Origin: a virus
Strand: one strand, 5' to 3'
DNA: 36,918 nt
IMG/VR virus record: IMGVR_UViG_3300045988_098643
Span: 1 to 36,918 of that record
Both the position numbers and the translations under genes were made by a program. Positions within the stretch are counted from its first letter, which is position 1, and each line of letters starts with the position of its first letter. A model generated the notes under the pieces. The model was not told where the DNA came from. It searched no databases and worked only from the letters and a program-made list of their open reading frames with translations. This document shows positions 27,039-35,228 of the stretch, piece by piece.

Positions 27039-28979
27039 TTATTCTCCTTTTACAACTAATTCTTTATCATCTGATACAAACAACTTCACGATTTGTCCGT
27101 CTGTATCTATTATTTTGTTTACACTTTCAGCATTATCTACAAAAATCGGAACACTTGCATCTAATTTCTTTGATATTGTGTTTATAATGTCCAATCCTGC
27201 GTTGATTTTTCCTGCATTATTTACATCTGAATAAGGCACGCCTTTTACTGTTGCTTCGCACGTCTCAACAATTCCACCATTTACTTGTGTATCAAATAGT
27301 TTGAATTTCACGTCTTTAAACATTTCATTGATTTTGTCTTGCACTAAATCTGTGTAAATCTTGATGTATTCTTCTGTCAGATACACAATTCTTTGATTAT
27401 TTTCATACTCTTTCGCCAAATCTTTTTCAGTTTTTTCGTACAGCTTAACCTTTTTGTCGATTTCTGCATTGAGTTCCTTTTTAGCAAGTTTTTGTATCAT
27501 CTGTTCCAGGTCTCTTTTGTAATTTTCTTTTAAGTCTTTTAGTCTTGAATTATCAACACTTGCAATAGATTTCAATTCTTTTTTTATCTTTTCAATTGCT
27601 TTTTCGTGTTCCTTGTATTCATCTGGAAGTTGCTTGATTTCAGGCACTTTTCTAGTTTCTGTAAACTCTCCTAGTAAGTCCAAATGTTGCTTGTCGCCTA
27701 ATATTGTGGCGTTCATCTTATCAATTTCTTTTTTTATCCTTGTTATATCGTCTTCAGCTGCGTTGATATTTATCTTTATTTGATTAGCTTGTCTTTCAAT
27801 TTCCGCTAATTTTTCAGCCTTGTTTTTATTGAAATTAGCTATAATTTCATTCTTCTTGTCCTCGTCAAACTCTTTTCCACAAACTGGACAATTTAACGAT
27901 TCATTAAATTCTTTGCCATTTTCCTCTACCCATCTACTTCTTGATGCGTTCAAGTTTTCATTGTTTTTATCTATTGACTGTTGAAATATAGCTATGTTTT
28001 GTTCTTTGAATTTCTTGTCATCTTCGTTGTTTTCAATTTCTTTTTCCAGTCTTTCTTTTGTATCGTAGAAAGCTTGTCTCTTCTTTTCATAATCCGTGTT
28101 TACTCTTGAAACTTGTTGATTATTGAAATTATCAACTTCTGCTTTTATATCACGCATTTTATCGATATGTTCTTGTATTTCTGCATTCTTTTTCGTGATA
28201 ATATCAACGCTATCATTTGAACTTGATAATGTATCGTCTATTTCTTTGATTTTTTCTTCTGTTTCTTTTTTAATTACTTCAAGCGATTCAAAATCTATGT
28301 CTGACTTGCTTTTTATCAGCTCATCAATTCTGATTGGAATGTCTTCCAAATCGTCGTTAATCTTCTTCATACTTGATTTCGCCATCGCCTTTAATTCATC
28401 TATCGTGTAGTTATCCAAATCAAGCTCTTTCAAGTCTTTGTTTGCTTTTAATATCTCGTTTTTATCCACATCATCAATCAGTGATAAAAGCATTGTTCTA
28501 CGCTCTTTTTTATCTAAAATCGCATTGAAATAAATTGGATTTGATAATAAGTTAAATGACTTTTCATCAATCAGACTGCCCACACGATTGTTGTAGTCTG
28601 ATTTTTTAATCGGTACAGAATTTATATAATAATCAGTCGTGTTTCCTGTGAATGTTTCTTGTGTACTTCCTCTTTTCTTGCTCCAGATTTCCTTATACAC
28701 TTTCATCAACTCAATTTGTTGTCCGTCTGCCTCAATAATTCCAGTAACCTTGCACTCGATATTATGAATAACGTCTCCATTTTTGTTTATTGGTTTGATA
28801 TTGAAGTCTTTTCTGTTTGTGCTATCTTTATCCCACAGTAACCAACTGTACGCATCAAATACAGTTGTCTTTCCAGTTCCATTTCTACCGCTTATATGTG
28901 TTGTCTTTGCGAAATCAACCACCAAACTTTCAATACCTTTAAAGTTTTCTATTGTTAATTCAATTAATTTTATTTTCAT
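27039..28979 (-). CDS. SbcC/Rad50-like AAA ATPase with coiled coil and zinc hook
   Basis: Walker A GRNGTGKTT, a long coiled coil, a central CPVCGKEF (CxxC hook) and a C-terminal signature/Walker B region (IFVDNAE). Confidence 0.8.
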   Translation of the reverse strand: MKIKLIELTIENFKGIESLVVDFAKTTHISGRNGTGKTTVFDAYSWLLWDKDSTNRKDFNIKPINKNGDVIHNIECKVTGIIEADGQQIELMKVYKEIWSKKRGSTQETFTGNTTDYYINSVPIKKSDYNNRVGSLIDEKSFNLLSNPIYFNAILDKKERRTMLLSLIDDVDKNEILKANKDLKELDLDNYTIDELKAMAKSSMKKINDDLEDIPIRIDELIKSKSDIDFESLEVIKKETEEKIKEIDDTLSSSNDSVDIITKKNAEIQEHIDKMRDIKAEVDNFNNQQVSRVNTDYEKKRQAFYDTKERLEKEIENNEDDKKFKEQNIAIFQQSIDKNNENLNASRSRWVEENGKEFNESLNCPVCGKEFDEDKKNEIIANFNKNKAEKLAEIERQANQIKININAAEDDITRIKKEIDKMNATILGDKQHLDLLGEFTETRKVPEIKQLPDEYKEHEKAIEKIKKELKSIASVDNSRLKDLKENYKRDLEQMIQKLAKKELNAEIDKKVKLYEKTEKDLAKEYENNQRIVYLTEEYIKIYTDLVQDKINEMFKDVKFKLFDTQVNGGIVETCEATVKGVPYSDVNNAGKINAGLDIINTISKKLDASVPIFVDNAESVNKIIDTDGQIVKLFVSDDKELVVKGE

Positions 28980-29064
28980 ATTTTGTCCTTTCGTGATATA
29001 ATCACATTGAATAATATTTTTTCTTATCGGCTGTGTTTGTAGTGGGACACAGTCGTTTTTCCTT

Positions 29065-29250
29065 TTATAACTTTTTTAAATAAGTTCCTCTATAAAAACC
29101 TTGTACTCCTACTTCTTTTTCAAAATCTACCACCAATAAATGTTTGAAATACGCGTCTAGTTCTTCTTTTAGCTTGTATAGTGAGTTATCATAAAGAGTT
29201 CTCATACAGTCATTGGTTATTTCAAAATCTATAGTTGCTCTAAATTTCAT
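29065..29250 (-). CDS. Hypothetical protein
   Basis: 61-aa ORF in the early operon. Confidence 0.45.
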   Translation of the reverse strand: MKFRATIDFEITNDCMRTLYDNSLYKLKEELDAYFKHLLVVDFEKEVGVQGFYRGTYLKKL

Positions 29251-29260
29251 ATTTACTCCT

Positions 29261-30058
29261 TTACATTTCGTCTATTTCTTTAGCTAAATTAATAGCTATA
29301 TTCAAGCTATTTTTGTTTCTCATTCTTTGCCAACAGCTATTATTTCTAGACCATTTGAATCCTTTTCTTTTCAATAGTGATCTCACATCTTCATCAGGCT
29401 TATATCCAAAATGCATTTCTACACGATTTGTTTCATCATTTGAAATCACTGTGCAATTATCAAATTCTATTTCTTCATAATCCATTTCATCAAGCTCTTT
29501 TAATTGGTCTAATCTTTTTTCAGCCGACTTAATCATTGCATTTAAATTGCTCAATATATAGCTTGGTGCAGGTTTTTTATTGAAGCTATAATCTTCATCA
29601 ATTCTTTTATTGATTTCTTCTGCTTTCTCATCGCTTAAATCTTCAAAACCCACCATCGTCTTATGCTTTCTGTAGTACTTATTCATATCCTTGTATCTTT
29701 GTTGTCTCGCTTTTAATTTCGATATTTTATCTTCTAAGAGTTCGATAGCTTGTGGATTGTCGCTGCTTATAGCTGTATTGTTTTTAGCTGCTGCAAGTTT
29801 ATCACCGTAATATTCAGCTTGTTCTTGCTTTTCTATGCTCTTTTTTATGTTAGCATCAATTCTGTCTCTATCTCGTCTCGCCTTCTTTTCTGAGTAATGT
29901 CCTATCAGAATTGGCTGACCTAGTGGAATTGTATCTTGTATCTTTCTTGCGTCTTTAAAAGCATCTACGCTTTCAGATCTCATCTTGTCTGCTTTTTCTC
30001 TTAATCTTTCAATTCTTGCTTCTTTTCTTTCAAAATAGTCTTTTCTACCTACTGCCAT
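29261..30058 (-). CDS. DUF3560-like protein
   Basis: Pattern RIERLREKADKMRSES...PLGQPILIGHYSEKKARRDRDRI is typical of the DUF3560 family as I recall it. Confidence 0.6.
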   Translation of the reverse strand: MAVGRKDYFERKEARIERLREKADKMRSESVDAFKDARKIQDTIPLGQPILIGHYSEKKARRDRDRIDANIKKSIEKQEQAEYYGDKLAAAKNNTAISSDNPQAIELLEDKISKLKARQQRYKDMNKYYRKHKTMVGFEDLSDEKAEEINKRIDEDYSFNKKPAPSYILSNLNAMIKSAEKRLDQLKELDEMDYEEIEFDNCTVISNDETNRVEMHFGYKPDEDVRSLLKRKGFKWSRNNSCWQRMRNKNSLNIAINLAKEIDEM

Positions 30059-30360
30059 TTTTTTACACCTCTTATTGCCATATTTTTAAAAATATTTACA
30101 TTTTCTTTTACTTTTTCTGAAATTTCTTCTGATAATTTGGAATCTTTATTTACATAGCTATCGCCAATTTTTAAATTAAATCTGTTTTTATCTTTTTCTT
30201 CTTTTGCTTTCGTTCTAACCCTTAAATTAGCTATATAATGTCTGTCGATTTCTGCGTTAAATTTTTCTTCAAACAAAGCTTTTAATTCTACATTTTTCAT
30301 ACTTAAATGCTCAAGTAGAAACTGTATTTGTATTTCTGAATATTTACTTTTTCTGCCCAT
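30049..30360 (-). CDS. Hypothetical protein
   Basis: The likely start is MGRKSKYSE (TAATG overlap with the upstream stop). Confidence 0.55.
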   Translation of the reverse strand: MGRKSKYSEIQIQFLLEHLSMKNVELKALFEEKFNAEIDRHYIANLRVRTKAKEEKDKNRFNLKIGDSYVNKDSKLSEEISEKVKENVNIFKNMAIRGVKKWQ

Positions 30361-30584
30361 TATTCCTCGTCCGCGTTGCTTAAATAACAAATCAACATTT
30401 CCAAATAATCTTTAGCTTTTAATAAGTCGTCTAATCCGTTTTTGTCGTTGTATCTGATTAGGTATTTCAACGTATTACACAAGTAAAATCCGTCTTCAAC
30501 TTTGCAATTATTCTTTTTAGCTATATCTAAAATTATCCTCATGGCGTTTTCGCCACTTATCATGTATCGATTTTTATTTTCCAT
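30360..30584 (-). CDS. DUF3310-like small protein
   Basis: Pattern CNTLKYLIRYNDKNGLDDLLKAKDYLEML resembles DUF3310. Confidence 0.5.
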   Translation of the reverse strand: MENKNRYMISGENAMRIILDIAKKNNCKVEDGFYLCNTLKYLIRYNDKNGLDDLLKAKDYLEMLICYLSNADEE

Positions 30585-30803
30585 TTACAAAAACCTACTC
30601 GTAATTACTAATAAATTCAATAAAATTAAGAACCCTAAAATTCTCATTGACATATCACAAATAAGCTTCATATCTTCTAGTTTTCCAGAAGCTTCTTTTT
30701 TCTTCTTGATTTTTATTTTTCTGCTTTTTCTTTTTAAATCTTCAAAACTAGGTCTTTCAATTCCTACCCAAGCTCTATCATAACTTTCTAATTTCTTTTC
30801 CAT
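30585..30803 (-). CDS. Small tail-anchored membrane protein
   Basis: 72 aa with a basic middle (KRKSRKIKIKKKK) and a hydrophobic C-terminus (ILGFLILLNLLVI). Confidence 0.5.
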   Translation of the reverse strand: MEKKLESYDRAWVGIERPSFEDLKRKSRKIKIKKKKEASGKLEDMKLICDMSMRILGFLILLNLLVITSRFL

Positions 30804-30812
30804 AATTTCCTC

Positions 30813-31073
30813 CTACATTTGATTTCTTTTTAAAAATTCTTTTACATCTTCCAACAAATAATATCTTTTTCCGCCTATTTTTGTTGATTTTAATCCCATA
30901 ATTCTGTAGTTTGCTAATGTGTTGTAACTAACATCTAAGCACTCACTGCTCATAACATAATCTTCAGTCATAATTTCTCTTGTGTTATCTGTAGTCTGAT
31001 TTTCACGTGGAATAAAATCTCGTATTCTATCAGCTAACTTTTCTACAAAATCATCTGATAATGTAATTTCCAT
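30813..31073 (-). CDS. HTH DNA-binding protein (excisionase/MerR-like HTH_17 type)
   Basis: C-terminal segment LDVSYNTLANYRIMGLKSTKIGGKRYYLLEDVKEFL. Second gene of the early rightward-equivalent operon. Confidence 0.55.
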   Translation of the reverse strand: MEITLSDDFVEKLADRIRDFIPRENQTTDNTREIMTEDYVMSSECLDVSYNTLANYRIMGLKSTKIGGKRYYLLEDVKEFLKRNQM

Positions 31074-31123
31074 ATTACCCTCCTTTAACTTGATTTTAAA
31101 TCAGGTTTTTGATTAAAAAAAAA

Positions 31124-31309
31124 TTAATTTTTTATTTCAGATATGCTTATATCAAAATATTCACCAATTTCAATTAATTTGCTTAGCTTAATCATACCAG
31201 GATTTTTTTCCCAATCACAATAAGTTTGTGTTGAAATTCCAAGGTATTCAGCCATTTCTTTTTGTGTTTTATCTTTTCTAGCTCTTAATTCTTTTAAACT
31301 ATATTTCAT
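31124..31309 (-). CDS. Cro-like XRE-family repressor
   Basis: 61 aa, HTH LKELRARKDKTQKEMAEYLGISTQTYCDWE. Divergent from cI. Confidence 0.85.
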   Translation of the reverse strand: MKYSLKELRARKDKTQKEMAEYLGISTQTYCDWEKNPGMIKLSKLIEIGEYFDISISEIKN

Positions 31310-31350
31310 ATCCTATACTCATACCTCCTTGTCTTTCTTAGTCTAAATAT

Positions 31351-31458
31351 ATTATATACTTGATTTTAAGTAAAGTCAATACTTTTCTTGATTTTTTATC
31401 AAGTATTTCAAGAATTTTATCAAAATATCTTGATTTTTAGTCTAGTTAGAGTTATAAT
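31351..31458. promoter_or_regulatory. Lysis/lysogeny switch: divergent promoters plus three TTGAT/ATCAA operator-like inverted repeats
   Basis: Minus-strand promoter: TTGACT (31379..31374), 17 nt, TATAAT (31356..31351). Plus-strand promoter: TTGATT (31430..31435), 17 nt, TATAAT (31453..31458). Inverted repeats at 31359..31379, 31387..31403 (CTTGATTTTTTATCAAG) and 31419..31434 (ATCAAAATATCTTGAT). Confidence 0.7.
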
Positions 31459-31491
31459 TTAACCATAAAATATAAAAAATGAGGTGAAATT

Positions 31492-32154
31492 ATGAATACT
31501 TTCGGTAAAAACGTTAGGTTTTTAAGGCGTATGCGTGGTATTTCACAAGACCAATTAGCTGATAAATTAGGTTACAAGTCATTTACAACTATCCAAAGGT
31601 GGGAAACTGGAGACAATGAACCTAACTTGTCAACCATAAAAAAAGTTGCTGAAATATTTCAAATAGATATTGATAAACTTATCAAGGAAGATTTGGATAG
31701 CAAAAGCGACATCAAAATCATTGGACGTGCTAATGTTATGCGTTCATATAAATATATTGATTCTAGTGCCGCTGCTGGAAAGCCAATCCCTATCGAAGGT
31801 CAAAACTACTCAAAACTATCTGTACCCGATTCTATGCTTGGTAAGTATGCAAATCAAGACATCTTCTTTATAAATATCTCCGGAGATAGTATGAATAAAA
31901 TAATCCCTGATGGTTCCCTTGTAGGTATACTTGAGTTTAAAAGTATTTATGACATCCAAGACGGAGACATCGTCGCCTTTAATCACGACTACTGCTACTC
32001 TGTTAAGCGATATTTCTACGACCAAGAACACAACCGAATAATCTTTAGACCAGAATCTACTAATCCGCGACATACCGACATAATCTATAACTTGGACGAA
32101 GAAGAAGTTCAAATTATAGGAAAAGTCGTTATGTATAACGTAATGCTCGATTAA
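31492..32154 (+). CDS. CI-like repressor (XRE HTH plus S24 LexA-type autopeptidase)
   Basis: N-terminal HTH (LRRMRGISQDQLADKLGY) and C-terminal GDSM...VKRY Ser/Lys dyad context. Confidence 0.9.
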   Translation: MNTFGKNVRFLRRMRGISQDQLADKLGYKSFTTIQRWETGDNEPNLSTIKKVAEIFQIDIDKLIKEDLDSKSDIKIIGRANVMRSYKYIDSSAAAGKPIPIEGQNYSKLSVPDSMLGKYANQDIFFINISGDSMNKIIPDGSLVGILEFKSIYDIQDGDIVAFNHDYCYSVKRYFYDQEHNRIIFRPESTNPRHTDIIYNLDEEEVQIIGKVVMYNVMLD

Positions 32155-32176
32155 AAACACTAAAAGGAGAAACTAT

Positions 32177-33580
32177 ATGAATACAGACAAAAAACCATTT
32201 TATTATAACAGAATATTTTTGAACTTATTATTTATATTTGGTGGTCTAACTTTAATCCCACCATTCATAATTTTAGGAGTTCCAATTCTCGTATTGGCGT
32301 TTGTACTTAATAAAAAAGCAAACGCAAAATATCCACAATACTCAATCAAAAACATTGAAGAATTTGAAGAAAAAAACAAACTATTAGGTGATATTGAACA
32401 AATAAAAAAACAAAAAGAAAACACAGTTGAGGAAGCAAATAAGCTAAAAGAACAAACTGAAAAAGAGCACGAAGAACTAATAGAAAAAACTGAAAAAGAA
32501 TATGAACGCCTAAAAGAATCTAAAATAAAAGAAATCGAAGACTTAGAAAAAATTATAGATGATTATTCTAAAGAATTAACTGTTAAATACATTGATACTA
32601 GAGACTACAGCGATATTACATCTGCCCAGATAAAAAATGAAATTTCACTTGTTAATTTAAAAATCAAAGAATTAATAAAATCGGGAAAAGCTGTTAGAAT
32701 ATCCTACTCAGATTCTAATAAAAGAGATAACAACTTAACTAAACAAATACTTAAAAATTTCACATCTGACGCTAATATCATACTAAATAAACTAACACTA
32801 TCCAATGTAGACTCATCAAGAGCAAGAATAATCAAAGCCTTTGAATTAACGAATAAAATTTTTGCAGAAGATTATATACAAATAAAAAAAGAGTATTTAA
32901 ATTTAAAACTTGAAGAATTAAATCTTTACCATCAATATAATCTTAAATTAGAGCAAGAAAAAGAACAACAAAAAGCTATCAGAGAGCAAATGGTAGAAGA
33001 AGAAAAAGTTCGTAGAGAAATAGAAAGAGAAAAAAGAAAGATTGAAAAAGAAGAAATTCAATTTAGAAATGAACAAAATAAATTAATGTTATATTTAAAC
33101 AAAGCAAAAGACGATATCGAAAAGAAATTATATCTTGATAAAATCAAGGATTTGGAAGAAAAACTTAAACTACTTGAATCAGATAAAAAGAACGTATTTG
33201 ATAGAGAAGCAAATACTCGTGCAGGATTCGTGTATGTAATATCCAACATTGGCTCTTTCGGCGAAGACATCTACAAAATAGGAATGACAAGAAGACTAGA
33301 ACCAATGGATAGAATCAAAGAACTTGGCAGTGCTTCCGTTCCTTTTGAATTTGATGTCCATGCAATGATATTTTCAGACGATGCTCCAAGCTTAGAAACA
33401 ACCTTGCATCAAAAATTCAGGGATAGAGAAGTTAATAAAGTAAATCAACGCAAAGAATTCTTCAAAGTACCACTATCAGAAATAGAACAAGTAGTAAAAG
33501 AAAACTACAACGCCACTGTTGAATTTACAGAAATAGCTAAAGCAGAACAATACAGACAAACTTTAGCTATGACTAAATAA
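32177..33580 (+). CDS. Membrane-anchored coiled-coil protein with a DUF4041-like region and a C-terminal T5orf172/MUG113 (GIY-YIG superfamily) domain
   Basis: N-terminal TM (LLFIFGGLTLIPPFIILGVPILVLAFVL), a long K/E coiled coil, and a C-terminus GFVYVISN...YKIGMTRRLEPMDRIKELGSASVPFEFDVHAMIF...LHQKFRDREVNK...EFF. Confidence 0.75.
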   Translation: MNTDKKPFYYNRIFLNLLFIFGGLTLIPPFIILGVPILVLAFVLNKKANAKYPQYSIKNIEEFEEKNKLLGDIEQIKKQKENTVEEANKLKEQTEKEHEELIEKTEKEYERLKESKIKEIEDLEKIIDDYSKELTVKYIDTRDYSDITSAQIKNEISLVNLKIKELIKSGKAVRISYSDSNKRDNNLTKQILKNFTSDANIILNKLTLSNVDSSRARIIKAFELTNKIFAEDYIQIKKEYLNLKLEELNLYHQYNLKLEQEKEQQKAIREQMVEEEKVRREIEREKRKIEKEEIQFRNEQNKLMLYLNKAKDDIEKKLYLDKIKDLEEKLKLLESDKKNVFDREANTRAGFVYVISNIGSFGEDIYKIGMTRRLEPMDRIKELGSASVPFEFDVHAMIFSDDAPSLETTLHQKFRDREVNKVNQRKEFFKVPLSEIEQVVKENYNATVEFTEIAKAEQYRQTLAMTK

Positions 33581-33618
33581 CAAAAAAATACCCCCGCGTA
33601 AAAATACGCAGGGATACT

Positions 33619-33677
33619 AGAGCATATAAAATATACTCACAATTCGCACTTGTATTATATCACGTATGCTCTTTTTT
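33619..33677 (+). terminator. Long imperfect hairpin plus T6, probable terminator of the cI operon
   Basis: AGAGCATA (33619..33626) pairs with TATGCTCT (33665..33672), with partial internal pairing, followed by TTTTTT. Preceded by the GC-rich hairpin CCCGCGTA-AAAA-TACGCAGGG (33593..33613). Confidence 0.45.
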
Positions 33678-33693
33678 AAAAAGGAGTTAATTT

Positions 33694-34770
33694 ATGAAAA
33701 TCACAAAATATAAAAAAGACACTCAAACGCTGTACAAAGTCCAAGCCTACATCGGCACATACGACAATGGCGTAAAGTGTGAGATTTCGCGTGCTGGATT
33801 TAAAACACAAAAAGAATGCAAGGATCTAGTAAATAAATTAAAATACGAATTTAAAAGTAACAAAAACAACAAAAAGAAAAAAACAATAACATTTTCAAAA
33901 ATATATCAACAATGGTTAAAAAACTATTCACTCACAGTAAAAGAAACTACACTCGCGAAAACTAAACAGATTTTCAATAATCATATTTTAGTAGTATTTA
34001 AAGATAAAGACATCAACAAAATAACCTCTTTTGACTGTCAAGGCTTCATAAATTCTTTAACCTCATACGCAACGGGTAAGAAAATCTACGACTACGCTAA
34101 ATCAGTTATGGAGTACGCATTTAAACTTAGCTTAATCAAAGAAAATCCATTTGAAAAAGTTATAATTCCTCAATTTAAAAAATATAAAAAGCACATAAAT
34201 TATCTTGATAAAGAAGAAGTTAAAAAATTAATGGAAGTAATCGATGATGAAATGTGGTACGCGTATTTCAGGCTGCTAATCTATGCAGGTCTGAGAAAAT
34301 CGGAAGCTTTGGCACTACATTGGAGTGATATAGATTTTAAGAAATCAACAATAACGATAAATCACACTATTGGATTTGGAGATAATAGCAAACTAATCCG
34401 TCAAGCTCCAAAAACAGAATCATCACAAGATGAAATATTGTTAGATGCAGAAACCTTACAGATTTTAAGAAATCTTAAAAAAACAACATCAAGTATTATA
34501 GTATTTAACAATAACGGCAAGTACATCTATCCGTCTCGTGTAGGTGAAGCTCTCACCAAATACACAACACTTGCTAATATAAAAAGAATAAGAGTTCACG
34601 ATTTGCGACACACTCACGCAAGTTTACTGATATCAAGCGGAGCAAGTATAAAAGCAGTACAGCAAAGGTTAAGACACGCGGATATCAAGACCACGATGAA
34701 CATTTACGCCCATTTAACCAAAGACGCGGAAAAAGATTCGCTTGACAATTTTGTGAATTATATCGGATAA
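33694..34770 (+). CDS. int: Tyrosine recombinase / phage integrase
   Basis: C-terminal catalytic region VHDLRHTHASLLISSG...TTMNIYAHL. SAM-like N-terminal domain. Confidence 0.9.
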   Translation: MKITKYKKDTQTLYKVQAYIGTYDNGVKCEISRAGFKTQKECKDLVNKLKYEFKSNKNNKKKKTITFSKIYQQWLKNYSLTVKETTLAKTKQIFNNHILVVFKDKDINKITSFDCQGFINSLTSYATGKKIYDYAKSVMEYAFKLSLIKENPFEKVIIPQFKKYKKHINYLDKEEVKKLMEVIDDEMWYAYFRLLIYAGLRKSEALALHWSDIDFKKSTITINHTIGFGDNSKLIRQAPKTESSQDEILLDAETLQILRNLKKTTSSIIVFNNNGKYIYPSRVGEALTKYTTLANIKRIRVHDLRHTHASLLISSGASIKAVQQRLRHADIKTTMNIYAHLTKDAEKDSLDNFVNYIG

Positions 34771-34990
34771 ACTCGGTAAATACTCTGTAAATATTTTTAA
34801 AACGTTGAAATTATAAGGTTCGTAGGATACTCCTCATCTCCACCATATATTTTCAAATTAGCTCATTACAACTCAAAACGTTGATAAATGGGCTTTTTTA
34901 TTTTTTTAATGTCGGTATTTTTATCTAAATATCTCAAGTTTTTTCAAAATTTTTCGGTAAAACTTTCGGTAAGAATTTTTCTGCACTGAT
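34771..34990. other. Candidate attP region
   Basis: Lies directly downstream of int. Contains a tRNA/tmRNA 3'-end-like string GGTTCG...CATCTCCACCA (34818..34846), flanking direct repeats AAAACGTTGA (34799 and 34875), and (T)CGGTAA-type motifs at 34773, 34912, 34954 and 34966. Confidence 0.35.
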
Positions 34991-35030
34991 TTTATACAGT
35001 TTCTTGCATATTTTAGTCTGATTTTGAATA

Positions 35031-35057
35031 TAAAAAAAGAGAGTCGCTGAACTCTCT
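35031..35057 (-). terminator. Intrinsic terminator for the 35816..35202 transcript
   Basis: Minus strand AGAGAGT-TCAGCG-ACTCTCT followed by TTTTTTT. Confidence 0.65.
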
Positions 35058-35114
35058 AATTTATTTTATACATTTTGATTTTGTGTTGCCGTTTTGTTGC
35101 ATAAGTTATAGCTA

Positions 35115-35142
35115 TTGACTTTTTAATTTATTACGATATAAT
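35115..35142 (+). promoter_or_regulatory. Sigma-A-type promoter (chassis copy 2)
   Basis: TTGACT-16 nt-TATAAT. 27 of 28 nt are identical to 36101..36128. Confidence 0.7.
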
Positions 35143-35148
35143 TAAATC

Positions 35149-35228
35149 ATCAAGCATAGTTTGAGTATGATGTAATCATATAGGTATTAGAAAGGCACTC
35201 ATTAAAGAGTGCTTTTTCTTTTTTCTTC
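35149..35228 (+). ncRNA. Small RNA (~80 nt) carrying a solitary 36-nt type II-A-like CRISPR repeat mimic (35159..35194)
   Basis: The consensus promoter lies 7 nt upstream of the predicted start. The intrinsic terminator is GCACTC-ATTAAA-GAGTGC plus a T-run (35195..35228). There is no ORF. The body GTTTGAGTATGATGTAATCATATAGGTATTAGAAAG resembles GTTTTAG-type II-A repeats. Confidence 0.45.

Noticed and set aside
28990-29060. Hairpin CGGCTGTGT...ACACAGTCG plus T-run oriented on the plus strand between minus-strand genes, and the palindrome GTGATTATATCAC
   Set aside because: These could be regulatory, but there is no plus-strand transcription unit to terminate here and there are no repeats elsewhere. 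The evidence is insufficient to call a feature.
31816-32160. 114-aa minus-strand ORF, and the 31670..31873 plus-strand ORF
   Set aside because: Both overlap the clear CI repressor CDS in other frames and have no supporting signals.
34818-34846. Possible tRNA gene (GGTTCG...CTCCACCA)
   Set aside because: No complete cloverleaf can be drawn: the T-arm does not pair and there is no D or anticodon arm upstream. It is interpreted as an att-core-like fragment instead.
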